Translations under genes and position numbers: made by a program | Shown: positions 9,276 to 19,554 of the stretch, piece by piece | Layout of the letters: every line of letters begins with the position of its first letter | How positions within the stretch are numbered: the first letter of the stretch is position 1 | Notes under the pieces: model-generated | What the model was told of the DNA's origin: nothing | The model's input: only the letters and a program-made list of their open reading frames with translations | Databases searched by the model: none | IMG/VR virus record: IMGVR_UViG_3300027808_000081 | Location: 1-35,319 of that record | Direction: 5' to 3' (one strand) | Source: a virus | Lineage: Duplodnaviria; Caudoviricetes | DNA: 35,319 bases

Positions 9276-10736
9276 CTATACTGAAGCCGTGAACAATACG
9301 AAATTGTTTGCTGCTTGAACACATAGACATCTCTCTGACAAGAAGTGTACTTGCATTGCATCAAGATCAGAAGTATAAGCACCTCCAACAGATCCAGTAA
9401 TCCAAGTTTTCATTCTACGATCATCAGCTTGAGAAGCTCTATAACGAACATGCAAGAACGGACGACGGATGTTAGTACCTAATTGCTGATCGTAAACTGT
9501 AGAAGTTCCAGCAGGGATAAGAACACCATCAATAGACGTGTTAGTTAATGCACCACGAGTTGAAGCATCGTTAAGATATTTCCAGTCAGTTTTATAGAAA
9601 TCGTAAGAACCTCTACGGAAACCAGAAAAACCTAAGTTCAATGCCATTTGCTCTGAGTTCTCAAAAACACCATAAGAACTACCTCCTTGATAAACACCAG
9701 AACTAGGAGATCCAATACCAGCTAACATATCATCAAAATCTAAAGCAGTAGCTCTATTCAAGAAGAACATATTTTCTTCAATTGCACCTTGAGTATCTAA
9801 GTTTTTCAAGATTGTATCAAAATCTGCTAATCCAGTAGATGCAGTAAAGTTATTAACTACATTTCCTCTGCTTTTGATAGCAGCGAAAAGACCTTCAGTA
9901 CCTTTAAGTTTTTCAACAGAACCTAAAGTAGAAGCTCCACTAACTAATTCACCTTCAATTACTGACATTTCCAAGTAATCTTCAAAACGTAATCTTGTTT
10001 CAGATTCAGCTTTAAGATACCATAAGAAACCACCAGTACCATCTTCAGTAGCAACCTCAACCCATCCAATCTGAGCAGTGTCAGATCCAGAGATTTGATA
10101 ACGTTCTTTGATGATAATAGGTGAATTACTGAATTGAGTGAAAGAAGGATTAACTGAGTTTAAACTAGCATCTGTAGTTCCTTTTTTGAATTCAGAACCA
10201 TAAACAAAGATTTTAAGGTTTGTAGCTCCAGAAAAATCAACTGCATTACCAGCACCAGTAGTTAAATCTAATTGAGTGTAAGGTTTAACAGTGATAGTAG
10301 CTAAAGTTCCTCCTCCATTAGTAACAGAGTTAGTAACATAAACTTTAAGTTCTTTACCATTTACTGGGTTTATAACTACTAAAGTTTGACCAATAGAGAT
10401 AACATTTTGCACGAACAATTTACCAACACCACCAGTAACGAATGTTAAAGTTGAAGCTGTAGCGCAAGTAACAGCGTTATAAGAAATATGCAATCTGTTT
10501 TGTTCTGACCAGATAACTTGATCAGAAGACATAGGCATTTCAGCACCTACCATACGTAAAAAGCCAGAAAGTGTTCTGTTTCCATAACGCTCGATTTCTT
10601 CTTCGTAGATTTCTGGTAAGTATTGTTGTGCGAAATCATTACCGCTTCCGTCGGTAAAGTTTAAATAATTTGTTTCTAAAGCTTGTTGCTTTTGAGACGG
10701 TTTAATTGACCCAAATACGGGTGATACTGCTGACAT
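9276..10736 (-). CDS. Major capsid protein
   Basis: 486 aa; follows portal and scaffold; high-expression codon usage; strong terminator downstream; HK97-like P-domain end (DAMQVHFLSERCLCVQAANNFVL). Confidence 0.85.
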   Translation of the reverse strand: MSAVSPVFGSIKPSQKQQALETNYLNFTDGSGNDFAQQYLPEIYEEEIERYGNRTLSGFLRMVGAEMPMSSDQVIWSEQNRLHISYNAVTCATASTLTFVTGGVGKLFVQNVISIGQTLVVINPVNGKELKVYVTNSVTNGGGTLATITVKPYTQLDLTTGAGNAVDFSGATNLKIFVYGSEFKKGTTDASLNSVNPSFTQFSNSPIIIKERYQISGSDTAQIGWVEVATEDGTGGFLWYLKAESETRLRFEDYLEMSVIEGELVSGASTLGSVEKLKGTEGLFAAIKSRGNVVNNFTASTGLADFDTILKNLDTQGAIEENMFFLNRATALDFDDMLAGIGSPSSGVYQGGSSYGVFENSEQMALNLGFSGFRRGSYDFYKTDWKYLNDASTRGALTNTSIDGVLIPAGTSTVYDQQLGTNIRRPFLHVRYRASQADDRRMKTWITGSVGGAYTSDLDAMQVHFLSERCLCVQAANNFVLFTASV

Positions 10737-10747
10737 AATTTTTTGTT

Positions 10748-11893
10748 TTAATTGTTAAATTTTTTTGTTTGTATTCTTAATTTTGAAGAATCGAAACCGC
10801 TAACAGACTTAACTCTTAAACCATTTATAAAAACCTCTCCAGACGTTTGTCTAGGTTGACTTATACTAGGATTTTTAGAATTTGTGATAACTTCTTTTAC
10901 AGCATCAGCTTTACCTTGCTCATAAAAGTGTTGTGCAATCTTGTCAGAATTCATAGCAGTGTATAAAGCCTTATGATAATTTACTGTATCAGTAACATTT
11001 CCTTCTTTGTCTAGAAACTTTCCGACAAAATTACTAATATCAGACTGTTTATCGGCAACTTGATCTAGGTTCTGAACACCGTATCTAAATCTTTTTTCGC
11101 CAATGTTATATTCAAAACCTTTGAAATCACTGTTGAATAATTTTTTAGTGTCCGTTTTAAACCGATCGTGTCGCATTCTAGACTCGTCTTCCGTCTTCTT
11201 GTATCGGTTAAAAAATTCAGAAGCTTCTTTTTGTTCTTGAGTTACACCCGGTCTCAACTTGATCTCGTCGTAGTATTTACTCTTTATTGAATCTAAATAA
11301 CTTTTGGCTTTTGCAACCTCTTCTTTATAAGCGAGTTTTTTTCTACGTATTTCTCGCTCTTCTTCTAAATCCTCATCAAAGAAAAAACTGTCTTCGATTA
11401 GGAATTGTAATTCATCTTGATCTAAGTGTGGTTTTGTTGATTTATAATATTCTTTTAACAATACATCTTGATTGACATTTGAATAATCAGCATTTAATCT
11501 TGTGTAATCATCTATAGTACCTCCAGTCTCTTCCATGAAGGAAACTAACTTTTCTATATTTTCAGGAAGTACTCTACTTTCTTTAAATTCACTTACTTGT
11601 TCACTTACTTGCTGATTTACTTCTACAACTGGTTCGTTATTATCTGTAATCTCTTCTATCAAGTTATCAAATGAAGAATTTTGTTCTACTGTTTCTTGAA
11701 CAATATTGACAATTGGTTCAACTACTTTTTCTAGTTCAACAACATCTGTTGGTATAGTTACTTTTGTAACTTCTTGATCTATAGGTTTTTCTGTTAAATC
11801 TACTTTTGTTACTTTAGCTTCTCTTACTAGACTTCTAGGTTTCTTTGTTTTAGAGATTTTAAAATCTCCTTCTTGTTTTACAATTTCTGACAT
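10748..11893 (-). CDS. Capsid scaffolding protein
   Basis: 381 aa; Glu/Val-rich disordered N-terminus and coiled coils; lies between portal and MCP. Confidence 0.65.
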   Translation of the reverse strand: MSEIVKQEGDFKISKTKKPRSLVREAKVTKVDLTEKPIDQEVTKVTIPTDVVELEKVVEPIVNIVQETVEQNSSFDNLIEEITDNNEPVVEVNQQVSEQVSEFKESRVLPENIEKLVSFMEETGGTIDDYTRLNADYSNVNQDVLLKEYYKSTKPHLDQDELQFLIEDSFFFDEDLEEEREIRRKKLAYKEEVAKAKSYLDSIKSKYYDEIKLRPGVTQEQKEASEFFNRYKKTEDESRMRHDRFKTDTKKLFNSDFKGFEYNIGEKRFRYGVQNLDQVADKQSDISNFVGKFLDKEGNVTDTVNYHKALYTAMNSDKIAQHFYEQGKADAVKEVITNSKNPSISQPRQTSGEVFINGLRVKSVSGFDSSKLRIQTKKFNN

Positions 11894-11924
11894 AATATAA
11901 TATAATTAAATAGTTAACTTTTTT

Positions 11925-14363
11925 TTAAAAACCTAAATCTTCGAAATCTTCGATTCCATTTGATTCAAACTTTTGAGGCAATGCATTATTTTTTCTTTGG
12001 TTTATTAGTTCTGATTGTTGAGAAGCTTGTATTCTAGTTCTCTCATCTTTTCTATCTTCACCTACTTGTTGTTGCTCTTTAGATCTATCATCTTTCATCT
12101 TCTCAGATAACTGCGTCTTTTCAACATCAGCACCAATCTTCATTTGAGTAAGTTGCATGTTGTATTGAAATTCTCTTTCTAACAACTGACCTTTTAATTG
12201 AGATTCCATTTGAAGTTTTTCCATTTCAAACTGAGACTTAGCTCTTTCTATATTAATAGTTTCTTGAGTTAAAGCTTGTTGTTTTTGTACTTCATTTAAA
12301 GCCGCTTGTCTGGCAGTTTCTTGATTAGCTTCTGCTTGAGCAGTTATATTTGCTTGAGATGCTTCAGCCGCCGCTTTTGCTTTCTTAGCTTTTCTAAACT
12401 TAATAACTTGATTTGCGAGTTTTAAATTTCTTATCTGTCTAATGTCTATAGCATCATCAAGATCTAAACTTTGGTTTTGCAGTGCAACTTGAATGTTTTG
12501 TTCTAACATCGCTTTTTCTTCTTCGTCTGGTTCAAGTTCTAAGTATATACCAAAATCATGAAGGTTAAGATGTTTTATGTCTCTAAGCGTAGAAGCATTA
12601 TATGTTGTTATACTTTGTTCTAATACACTAGCAGTTAAAGGAAAATCTAAAGCATCAGCTATTCTCAATGAGATGTTCTCGCATGTTTTAAGAGTCAAAA
12701 ACAAACTAGCCTGCATAATGTGTTTAGTAGCAGTGTTTGATGCGTTAGCGGCCATCTTCTGTAATCCTACTAATGTTTCTCTATCTGGCATACTTCCGTC
12801 TCTGGCTTCATTAAGTCCAGTTACGTCTCTTATCATTTGTAGATAGTATTGATATGTTTGAATTAACGATGCTAATTTAGCTTGACCACCTGAATTAGTA
12901 AGTTCTTGTATAGGTATTTTTCCACTATTCATGGTACCTTCTTGAGTTAGTGATCTACCTACTATACTACCAGTTTGAAAATACATATTTAAAGCTTCTG
13001 CTGGATTGTAGTTAGTACCATTACCTAAATCTACATCAGCAAAACCGTCTACATCAACAAAAACTCCATCAGGTATTGTTTTAGATAATACTTGTTGTAT
13101 TTTTAAGTGAGTCAACTGAATCATATCAGCAAAACCAGTTATCTTATTGACAGTAGAATCAATCTTACCTTTGTACATACGTGGAGCACAAATAGCATAA
13201 TTCATTTCTACCTTAGTAGTATCAGCGTATGGTCTTGTCATATTTTCAGACAAACTCCAATCTAACATTTGATTTGTACCAAGTATTTTTGCTCCAGTAT
13301 ATAAAACTTCTATAGTTCTAGAGACTCTTTCAAAATTATCATTCTCTGGTGGATTAAATTCGTCTGTCTTTTCTATAGCTTTCTCCATTCCATTCTCAGT
13401 CTTCTTTATCTTGAATACCTGATTCATAAATGTTTTATATTCAAAGTATAGTACTTGAACAGTGTTCTCGTCATAGTTACCCCAACCAGTTATATATTGA
13501 TTGTTAGTTGGTGAACTTTGTATTTTATAAAGTTCTTCATCTGTTAGATGTGGAAATTCTTTTTTAAGTTCTGGTATAGTTACCGCTCTTACCTCTCCAA
13601 TATAATATAAATCGTCAAAATGAGGATCTTCAGTATATGAATGTACTATATAAGCTGGATCTACGTACTTTATTCTTATTCCTTCACTAACATTAAATGT
13701 AGTTTTAACACATGCAATTCCTAATACTGTTAAATCGTAGTTAAGTCTTCGTCTTATTAAGTCCCATTTATTATTAGCTAATGTGTTATTTATCGCTTCT
13801 TCTTCAGCTATTTCTATAGATTGCTTATAGGTTAACTGCATGTGAATATCTAACTCTTCTTTTGTATCAGGTAGATCTTCTTGTGGAATAGGAGAATGAG
13901 AAATATCACCACCTAATAGTTCATTAGCTTTGTTTATTAAGTCTTTAGCGAACATATCTCTCATTATGGATTCAGCATAAGAAGTTCTAGCTTTTAAAGA
14001 CTCTGGATCTTGAGCATAAGCTTTTATATCATAAGTTTTTTGTGACATGCCATTTACAACTATATCCACGAATTTAGATATAACTGGCACTGGTCTCCAA
14101 TCTAAATTAAGATATGAAATATCTCCATTAGTCGCTAATTCATCTTTGTATTTTTGTATAGATTGTTCTCCTCTAGCGTACAGTCTTAACTGGTGAAAAT
14201 TACCCCAATTAGATGCATATCTATTATTAGCAGATCTACTTCTACCAAACCATTCTTGCTCTATAGCTCTAGAAACTTGTAATCCATATTCTTCAGAAGC
14301 TTTTTCTGCATCGCTAACTATTTGACTTGGAAAAGCGCTGTTAGTGTTTGTATATATATTCAT
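11925..14363 (-). CDS. Portal protein
   Basis: 812 aa directly downstream of TerL; PVISKFVDIVVNG and IRDVTGLNEARDG motifs; long Gln/Glu-rich C-terminal coiled coil (P22-like barrel). Confidence 0.85.
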   Translation of the reverse strand: MNIYTNTNSAFPSQIVSDAEKASEEYGLQVSRAIEQEWFGRSRSANNRYASNWGNFHQLRLYARGEQSIQKYKDELATNGDISYLNLDWRPVPVISKFVDIVVNGMSQKTYDIKAYAQDPESLKARTSYAESIMRDMFAKDLINKANELLGGDISHSPIPQEDLPDTKEELDIHMQLTYKQSIEIAEEEAINNTLANNKWDLIRRRLNYDLTVLGIACVKTTFNVSEGIRIKYVDPAYIVHSYTEDPHFDDLYYIGEVRAVTIPELKKEFPHLTDEELYKIQSSPTNNQYITGWGNYDENTVQVLYFEYKTFMNQVFKIKKTENGMEKAIEKTDEFNPPENDNFERVSRTIEVLYTGAKILGTNQMLDWSLSENMTRPYADTTKVEMNYAICAPRMYKGKIDSTVNKITGFADMIQLTHLKIQQVLSKTIPDGVFVDVDGFADVDLGNGTNYNPAEALNMYFQTGSIVGRSLTQEGTMNSGKIPIQELTNSGGQAKLASLIQTYQYYLQMIRDVTGLNEARDGSMPDRETLVGLQKMAANASNTATKHIMQASLFLTLKTCENISLRIADALDFPLTASVLEQSITTYNASTLRDIKHLNLHDFGIYLELEPDEEEKAMLEQNIQVALQNQSLDLDDAIDIRQIRNLKLANQVIKFRKAKKAKAAAEASQANITAQAEANQETARQAALNEVQKQQALTQETINIERAKSQFEMEKLQMESQLKGQLLEREFQYNMQLTQMKIGADVEKTQLSEKMKDDRSKEQQQVGEDRKDERTRIQASQQSELINQRKNNALPQKFESNGIEDFEDLGF

Positions 14364-14366
14364 TTA

Positions 14367-16586
14367 TTAATATATTTTTGATAAAGAACCATTATTGTCG
14401 TATTTTTTTATTCCCAAATCATGAATTTGTCTAACGTATTTGACAGATGGACTATATCTACCTTTATTACATGCCATTATAGCTAAACCAGAACTTATAG
14501 AAGCATCGTGCTTTGTTCTGTTATTTATATTAAACCTAGCCCAGTCATTAAGTGTTCTATTAAAATACATATTACCATATCCAGTGTCGTTTAATCCAAC
14601 ATAGTCTTCTACGTAAGACTCTATAGCAGAAGCATGAGCTTGTTTTATATCTTCACTTGAGTTAGGTATTCCACCTATATCTTTTTCTGTTACAGATAAA
14701 TTATTCCAGACTTTATCAGGTCTATTCATTGAAAAACCCCTATAACCTCTTCTTTTAAAATGAAACAAAAGTCTAGGTTTATTGTTCTCAGCAAGTATAG
14801 GCATTCCATAAAATATGCAAGCCATTAATACATCTTCAAAAAATATCTCAGCAGTTTGTGGTCTAGCTATATATTCTAAGAAAAAAGCATTAGGTGGTGC
14901 GTCTTCCATTGAGAACTTTGTTAATCCACTTAATGAACCATTTGAACCCTTGCCATCAACTGTGCCAGATATGTCGTACGGATCGCATCCAAAAGCACCA
15001 ACATGTTCATTGCCTGGGTATTTTGCGCCATTCTTGATAACGACGTTGTTTTGTAGGTTAAAAGAAGGAACCCACGATATATAAAACCTACCATCTTTAT
15101 TTGGATAAAATATTACCTTTGTATCTAAAACTCCATTTTCCCATTGAAAATTACCTCTAGTAACAACATTGGTATTTCTTAAGTCGTCATTATAATCTAT
15201 CTGTTCGTATATCTTAGTTAGATTAAAAAGTGATTGTTTTGCTTCATCTCTAAAAGCATGTTGTTCTGTTCTTGGAAACTGTCTGTAGTATTCATTTAAA
15301 CCATCTTGATCTGACTTAAGACCATCTACTTCATTTTGCCAATGTTCTATAACTCCATAATCTATAGTATTACCATCTACTCCTTTTATTGGAGATGGTG
15401 GTGTATCGAAAACTGGTGTACCATATATATCTATAAAACCTTCATAAGACCATTCCATTGGAATGAATAGACTATATAATCCAGAACTTGTCTGGCCGTT
15501 TCTATTTCTTTTTAAAACATCAGAGTTATAATATAAACTTTTGAAATTATCTCCACCTTTGTCAAGAGCATTAGAAGTAGAACCCATCATACATTTACCA
15601 ACTATTCTACTACCAAGTCTAAGAGTTGTTTTTGTAACCCTCCAGTTATTCAATATGTTATCTGGTCTCTCCCATTTACCACTTTCATCGTGTACTAATA
15701 ACTTTAATTTTTCACCATCATAACTATTATCTCCTGTATTTTTCCAGTCAATTGTAGTATCTAATCCTTCTAACTCTTCTAGTTTCTCGTTAGAATCTAA
15801 TTTTCTTCTAGTAAGTTTGGAAGCTGGTATTCTATATGCTAATTCTGTTTTAGGTCTATCCATACCATCTTGGATAGGTTTAAAAAAGAAAGGATAATTA
15901 ACCGAGATAGGCACCACCTTATCCGTAAACATTTTTTTAGCATCTGCTCCAGACTTAGATAATATACCAAATCGTGAATCACTAGATATTGTTGCTTGAT
16001 TAACTAACTCCGCAGAAGACATAAATGAAAATCCAGAACGTCTGTTCTTTAAATAACACATTCCATAACATCTTGGATCTGCTTTACAAGCTTCCCAAAA
16101 TATAAAGAACAATCTATTTGATTCTCTGAAATCTGGTGCACCAACATCTATCTTACTCCATTGAAGATACATATAGTGAGTACCTGTTATGTATGTATGT
16201 TTACCTCTATTATTAAAAAAAAATCCTTCTTCTCTATACCTGAACTCATTATCTATATAATCGTACCATCTGTCCTTGAAACTATCAGGTTGTTTATTCC
16301 AATCAAAAGAATTCTTTATTTTACTTATTTCTTTTGGGAAATCCATTTGTTCCCAGTATTGTTCTTCTTTAACTTTAGATCTAGAATAACATTCTTCGAC
16401 TAATGGTAAAGCTATTTTTAAATTATCGATTTCGTATATCTCACCAATCTTTCCAGTCTTACTAATAATAACCAGATCATTGTCTTTATCATATCCATAT
16501 TTCCATTTTTTTAAACGGTTGTTTTGCTTAATAACACTTTCCTTTATATAGTCTGGTATTATTTTGTATAGAGTTTGCTGATACAT
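14367..16586 (-). CDS. terL: Terminase large subunit
   Basis: 739 aa; Walker A-like KNRRSGFS, Walker B LLVHDESGK, coupling motif GST, RNase H-like GCDPYD ... ENN ... HDA. Confidence 0.9.
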   Translation of the reverse strand: MYQQTLYKIIPDYIKESVIKQNNRLKKWKYGYDKDNDLVIISKTGKIGEIYEIDNLKIALPLVEECYSRSKVKEEQYWEQMDFPKEISKIKNSFDWNKQPDSFKDRWYDYIDNEFRYREEGFFFNNRGKHTYITGTHYMYLQWSKIDVGAPDFRESNRLFFIFWEACKADPRCYGMCYLKNRRSGFSFMSSAELVNQATISSDSRFGILSKSGADAKKMFTDKVVPISVNYPFFFKPIQDGMDRPKTELAYRIPASKLTRRKLDSNEKLEELEGLDTTIDWKNTGDNSYDGEKLKLLVHDESGKWERPDNILNNWRVTKTTLRLGSRIVGKCMMGSTSNALDKGGDNFKSLYYNSDVLKRNRNGQTSSGLYSLFIPMEWSYEGFIDIYGTPVFDTPPSPIKGVDGNTIDYGVIEHWQNEVDGLKSDQDGLNEYYRQFPRTEQHAFRDEAKQSLFNLTKIYEQIDYNDDLRNTNVVTRGNFQWENGVLDTKVIFYPNKDGRFYISWVPSFNLQNNVVIKNGAKYPGNEHVGAFGCDPYDISGTVDGKGSNGSLSGLTKFSMEDAPPNAFFLEYIARPQTAEIFFEDVLMACIFYGMPILAENNKPRLLFHFKRRGYRGFSMNRPDKVWNNLSVTEKDIGGIPNSSEDIKQAHASAIESYVEDYVGLNDTGYGNMYFNRTLNDWARFNINNRTKHDASISSGLAIMACNKGRYSPSVKYVRQIHDLGIKKYDNNGSLSKIY

Positions 16587-16861
16587 TATTTAGATCTCCC
16601 TTCTGCAAAACCTTTAAATACTTTAACTTCTGTAGTTTTATCCTCATCTACAAGTAGTTTTTCCTCTTCCTGTATTCTAGTAAGTATTTCAAACGCATCA
16701 AATATAGCCAACTTCTTAGTTGCTGCGGCATTTTTTAACTTATCAGCAGATAAATCATCATCTCCATTATTTAAAATAGCTTCTTCAGCTACCTTAATCA
16801 GTTCTAATACTGCTTTGTGTCCAGCTAGGATTATATTCTGCTTCGTCTCCTTTATATTCAT
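16586..16861 (-). CDS. Putative terminase small subunit
   Basis: 91 aa helical protein with a 1-nt overlap onto the terL start; call is positional only. Confidence 0.4.
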   Translation of the reverse strand: MNIKETKQNIILAGHKAVLELIKVAEEAILNNGDDDLSADKLKNAAATKKLAIFDAFEILTRIQEEEKLLVDEDKTTEVKVFKGFAEGRSK

Positions 16862-17414
16862 ACTTAATTACAATATCATTAGATTTCATACAATATAGTC
16901 TTTGTCCTTCTACAACAAAGTCAAATTCTCCATTTGGAGTATAACCAACTAAGTCTCCTTCATTGATTTCAAGCGATTCTAAGGAACTATTTCCGTATTT
17001 TAATATACCAATTAGTTCTCTCTCTTTATTACTGCTTAAATGACTCGTATTCTTAAGTGGTTTTATAAAACATCTGTCACCAAATGATTTCCAATCTTTA
17101 TCACTTTTGTGTAGATATATTTGATCTACATCACAAAAATACATATCATCTATAAAATGTGATCTACTGTTTTTTTGATTACCTCTAATATCATAGAAAC
17201 GTCTAAAAACATTGTGATGTATAACAACAAGATCACCAACTTTAATGTTAGTTGAATAAGCTAACGGAGTTGATATAACTTCCGCTAGATTATTCACAGA
17301 TTTGAAACTTTCTATTTTAGTATTTAATACTAATTCTTTTTCACCAATCTTTAGTTTGTTATTATATCTATCACCAACAGGTTTTACTATAAAACTAAAT
17401 ACACTATTCATCAA
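16794..17414 (-). CDS. Tandem double GroES-like (Cpn10-fold) co-chaperonin
   Basis: 206 aa with two GroES-like units: FIVKPVGDRY...AEVISTP...IKVGDLVVIH and FGDRCFIKPL...IGILKYG...INEGDLVGY...FVVEGQRLYCMKSNDIV. Confidence 0.6.
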   Translation of the reverse strand: MMNSVFSFIVKPVGDRYNNKLKIGEKELVLNTKIESFKSVNNLAEVISTPLAYSTNIKVGDLVVIHHNVFRRFYDIRGNQKNSRSHFIDDMYFCDVDQIYLHKSDKDWKSFGDRCFIKPLKNTSHLSSNKERELIGILKYGNSSLESLEINEGDLVGYTPNGEFDFVVEGQRLYCMKSNDIVIKYEYKGDEAEYNPSWTQSSIRTD

Positions 17415-17638
17415 TACTCTAAATCATATTCAACTGATATAGCCATGTTAGAATTAAACTTCTTCCAAGGCATAACTTCATCTCCTTTTTTTATATAGAT
17501 AAAATAAGAAAGATCTATACTATCTTGCAATATACAACTTATTTCGTGACCTCCATAAACAGATTGACCAACCGAATAATGCATTGCTTCGTTCTTATAG
17601 TCTGATCCTATACTTATTTTTCTAATAGAAGATTCCAT
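17411..17638 (-). CDS. Hypothetical protein
   Basis: 75 aa ORF tightly coupled (overlapping) with both neighbours. Confidence 0.6.
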   Translation of the reverse strand: MESSIRKISIGSDYKNEAMHYSVGQSVYGGHEISCILQDSIDLSYFIYIKKGDEVMPWKKFNSNMAISVEYDLEY

Positions 17639-17892
17639 TATTCTGGGTTTTCTGTTTTTTCAATTTCAGTGTAAGAGCCGTCTTGTAAATTGATGTTAAT
17701 AGATCCATACTCAGATTCAATTTCAGATTTAAAATCTTCAATATTTTTATTTATCTCAGCTAACTGATGTAGTTTAGCATGTTTTTGAGACTCTAAAACT
17801 CCAATGTCATGTATAATATTGTGTAAATCTTTCTGTTCAGCATTAATTCTCTCTAATTGTTCTGTTGTAATCTTTTTTACTTCTGTTTCCAT
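17638..17892 (-). CDS. Hypothetical coiled-coil protein
   Basis: 84 aa with a heptad pattern and a C-terminal GSININLQDG hairpin. Confidence 0.6.
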   Translation of the reverse strand: METEVKKITTEQLERINAEQKDLHNIIHDIGVLESQKHAKLHQLAEINKNIEDFKSEIESEYGSININLQDGSYTEIEKTENPE

Positions 17893-17902
17893 TTTATTTA
17901 AT

Positions 17903-18151
17903 TTAACTGTTAAAAATTCTATTATATATTTTACTTCTACCTTTTGTACCTTCTTTAAACTCTAGTACTATACTCCCAGGAAAATGATAGTCTTTACCTG
18001 GTTTCATTTTTTTTGAATTACCTAAATTGTCAATAGCATCTACAGGAAAATCAACATTTTTCATAGTTATATTTCCACTAGGTATAACATTGTAAGATCT
18101 ATCTTTATCAGGACTATTTTTTTTATAACCGGTCTTAGATAGATTTTTCAT
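17903..18151 (-). CDS. Hypothetical basic protein
   Basis: 82 aa with ITMKNV..PV...DN.G....M.PG.DY.FPG..V.E, a motif I recall from phage virion-region proteins; function unknown. Confidence 0.55.
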   Translation of the reverse strand: MKNLSKTGYKKNSPDKDRSYNVIPSGNITMKNVDFPVDAIDNLGNSKKMKPGKDYHFPGSIVLEFKEGTKGRSKIYNRIFNS

Positions 18152-18814
18152 TTAACATTTCTTCATTTGAGTAGGAGCTTTTTTCTTAGTCATATTTTTT
18201 TGTCTCATTGACTCATCACCGCCACTATAACCTTTAGACCCTTTTTTTCCTTCCGCTAGATCAGATAAATATTCACCTGTTTTAGAAGCTATATTTTTAA
18301 CTTTTGAAATAGCTTTTTTCCCATAATATTTTCCTACTTTAAGTAAGTCTGTATTTGCATTAAGACCTCTCCTATCACCTGAACCAGAAAAATCTGGTTT
18401 AGTTTGTTTAACTGGAGATGGTTTCTTTTTTGCTGGAGTTTTTAGTTGTTTCGCTGGAGTTTTTAATTGTTTTACTGTAGTTTTCATAGTTTTTTTATTT
18501 GTTTTTTCACCTGTTTTTTGTCTAGACTCTAGAAAGTCTAAATTGTCTTTTCTTCTTGAATTAGTATTGGATTTTTCAGCATTAAATTTAGTTCTTAAAT
18601 CCGTCTCTTGTTTAGTACCTATCTGCGCTTGAGATATAATTTTTTTATTACTATCTCTCAAGTACAAAGTTTTACCAGTTTTATCTAATGTTTTTTCATA
18701 ACCACCTTTACTAACAGTGTTTGGTAATTTAGATGTTTCTGGATTATATCCAACATGTTCGCCTGTTTTTGGATTAGTCTGTTTAAGTGGAATTGACTTC
18801 TTTGTATTTGCCAT
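18152..18814 (-). CDS. Lys-rich low-complexity protein with repeated P-x-K-Q motifs
   Basis: 220 aa; IPLKQ, TPAKQ, TPAKK, SPVKQ; a 21-bp tandem repeat encodes LKTPAKQ. Confidence 0.6.
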   Translation of the reverse strand: MANTKKSIPLKQTNPKTGEHVGYNPETSKLPNTVSKGGYEKTLDKTGKTLYLRDSNKKIISQAQIGTKQETDLRTKFNAEKSNTNSRRKDNLDFLESRQKTGEKTNKKTMKTTVKQLKTPAKQLKTPAKKKPSPVKQTKPDFSGSGDRRGLNANTDLLKVGKYYGKKAISKVKNIASKTGEYLSDLAEGKKGSKGYSGGDESMRQKNMTKKKAPTQMKKC

Positions 18815-18819
18815 TTTTG

Positions 18820-19179
18820 TTATTTATTTTTTGTATATATTATTTCATCATTACCATCACCTTTAACAGTGCATTTAAGAGTATTCTTATTTATTAAAAT
18901 ATACTTACTTTCAACCACCCATTTATTTTTGACAAACATAGTCTTTATTAATATATTTGTCTTATTTATTTTGATAGATAACACTTTCAATTCTTCTCCT
19001 GATACTTCACTTATCTCTTGTGTGTGAAGAATGTTATGAATATCTTTCCAAAAAAACAATTTAGTTGATTGTTTATTTGGTTTCCAATAGCCAATTAAGT
19101 CATCTGTGTTTAATTTTTTTTGAGATAAAACACTTAAACTAAAAAATAAACTAGTTGCGATAAAAAATACTTTTTTCAT
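18820..19179 (-). CDS. Exported beta-rich protein with Sec signal peptide
   Basis: 119 aa; MKKVFFIATSLFFSLSVLS|Q is a Bacteroidota-type signal ending before Gln; LIGYW lipocalin-like start; very AT-rich; own upstream motif. Confidence 0.6.
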   Translation of the reverse strand: MKKVFFIATSLFFSLSVLSQKKLNTDDLIGYWKPNKQSTKLFFWKDIHNILHTQEISEVSGEELKVLSIKINKTNILIKTMFVKNKWVVESKYILINKNTLKCTVKGDGNDEIIYTKNK

Positions 19180-19207
19180 AATTAAATAATATTAGATTTA
19201 TATAATA

Positions 19208-19220
19208 CTATTATCACATG
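19208..19220 (-). promoter_or_regulatory. Putative late promoter motif (CATGTGATAATAG)
   Basis: Shared intergenic motif about 30 nt upstream of the start at 19179. Confidence 0.45.
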
Positions 19221-19226
19221 TATTAG

Positions 19227-19550
19227 TTACTTTTTATTCTGTTTAGCGTATGCTTCTTTTTCCCAAGGTAGATTTTTTGCTCCTTCACTCATTTTTGAAC
19301 GTGGATATTTCTTACCTTTCCAAATAACTTCATCATCAGTATAATCTAAATCTCCACGTTTCATCTGGTCTATATGAACTTTTTCATGTTCTATAGTTTT
19401 ATTTTTAGCTAATTCCGATGCAGAAACATTTTTGTTTACTAGTATGGTTCCATTTGACTGTGCCATTCCTAATATATTGTCGTCCATATCGGTACTATAA
19501 ATAGGAGTATTGTCTACTCCATAAGGAGGATTAGTCATTTTAAAAGCCAT
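19227..19550 (-). CDS. Minimal zincin (HExxH) metallopeptidase
   Basis: 107 aa; ILGMA..NGTILVN strand, HEKVH zinc motif, and downstream PWEKEAY supplying a candidate third Glu ligand. Confidence 0.7.
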   Translation of the reverse strand: MAFKMTNPPYGVDNTPIYSTDMDDNILGMAQSNGTILVNKNVSASELAKNKTIEHEKVHIDQMKRGDLDYTDDEVIWKGKKYPRSKMSEGAKNLPWEKEAYAKQNKK

Positions 19551-19554
19551 ATCT

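Noticed and set aside
14367-16586. Intron or intein in terL
   Set aside because: ATPase and nuclease motifs are continuous, with no intein splice motifs or frame break.
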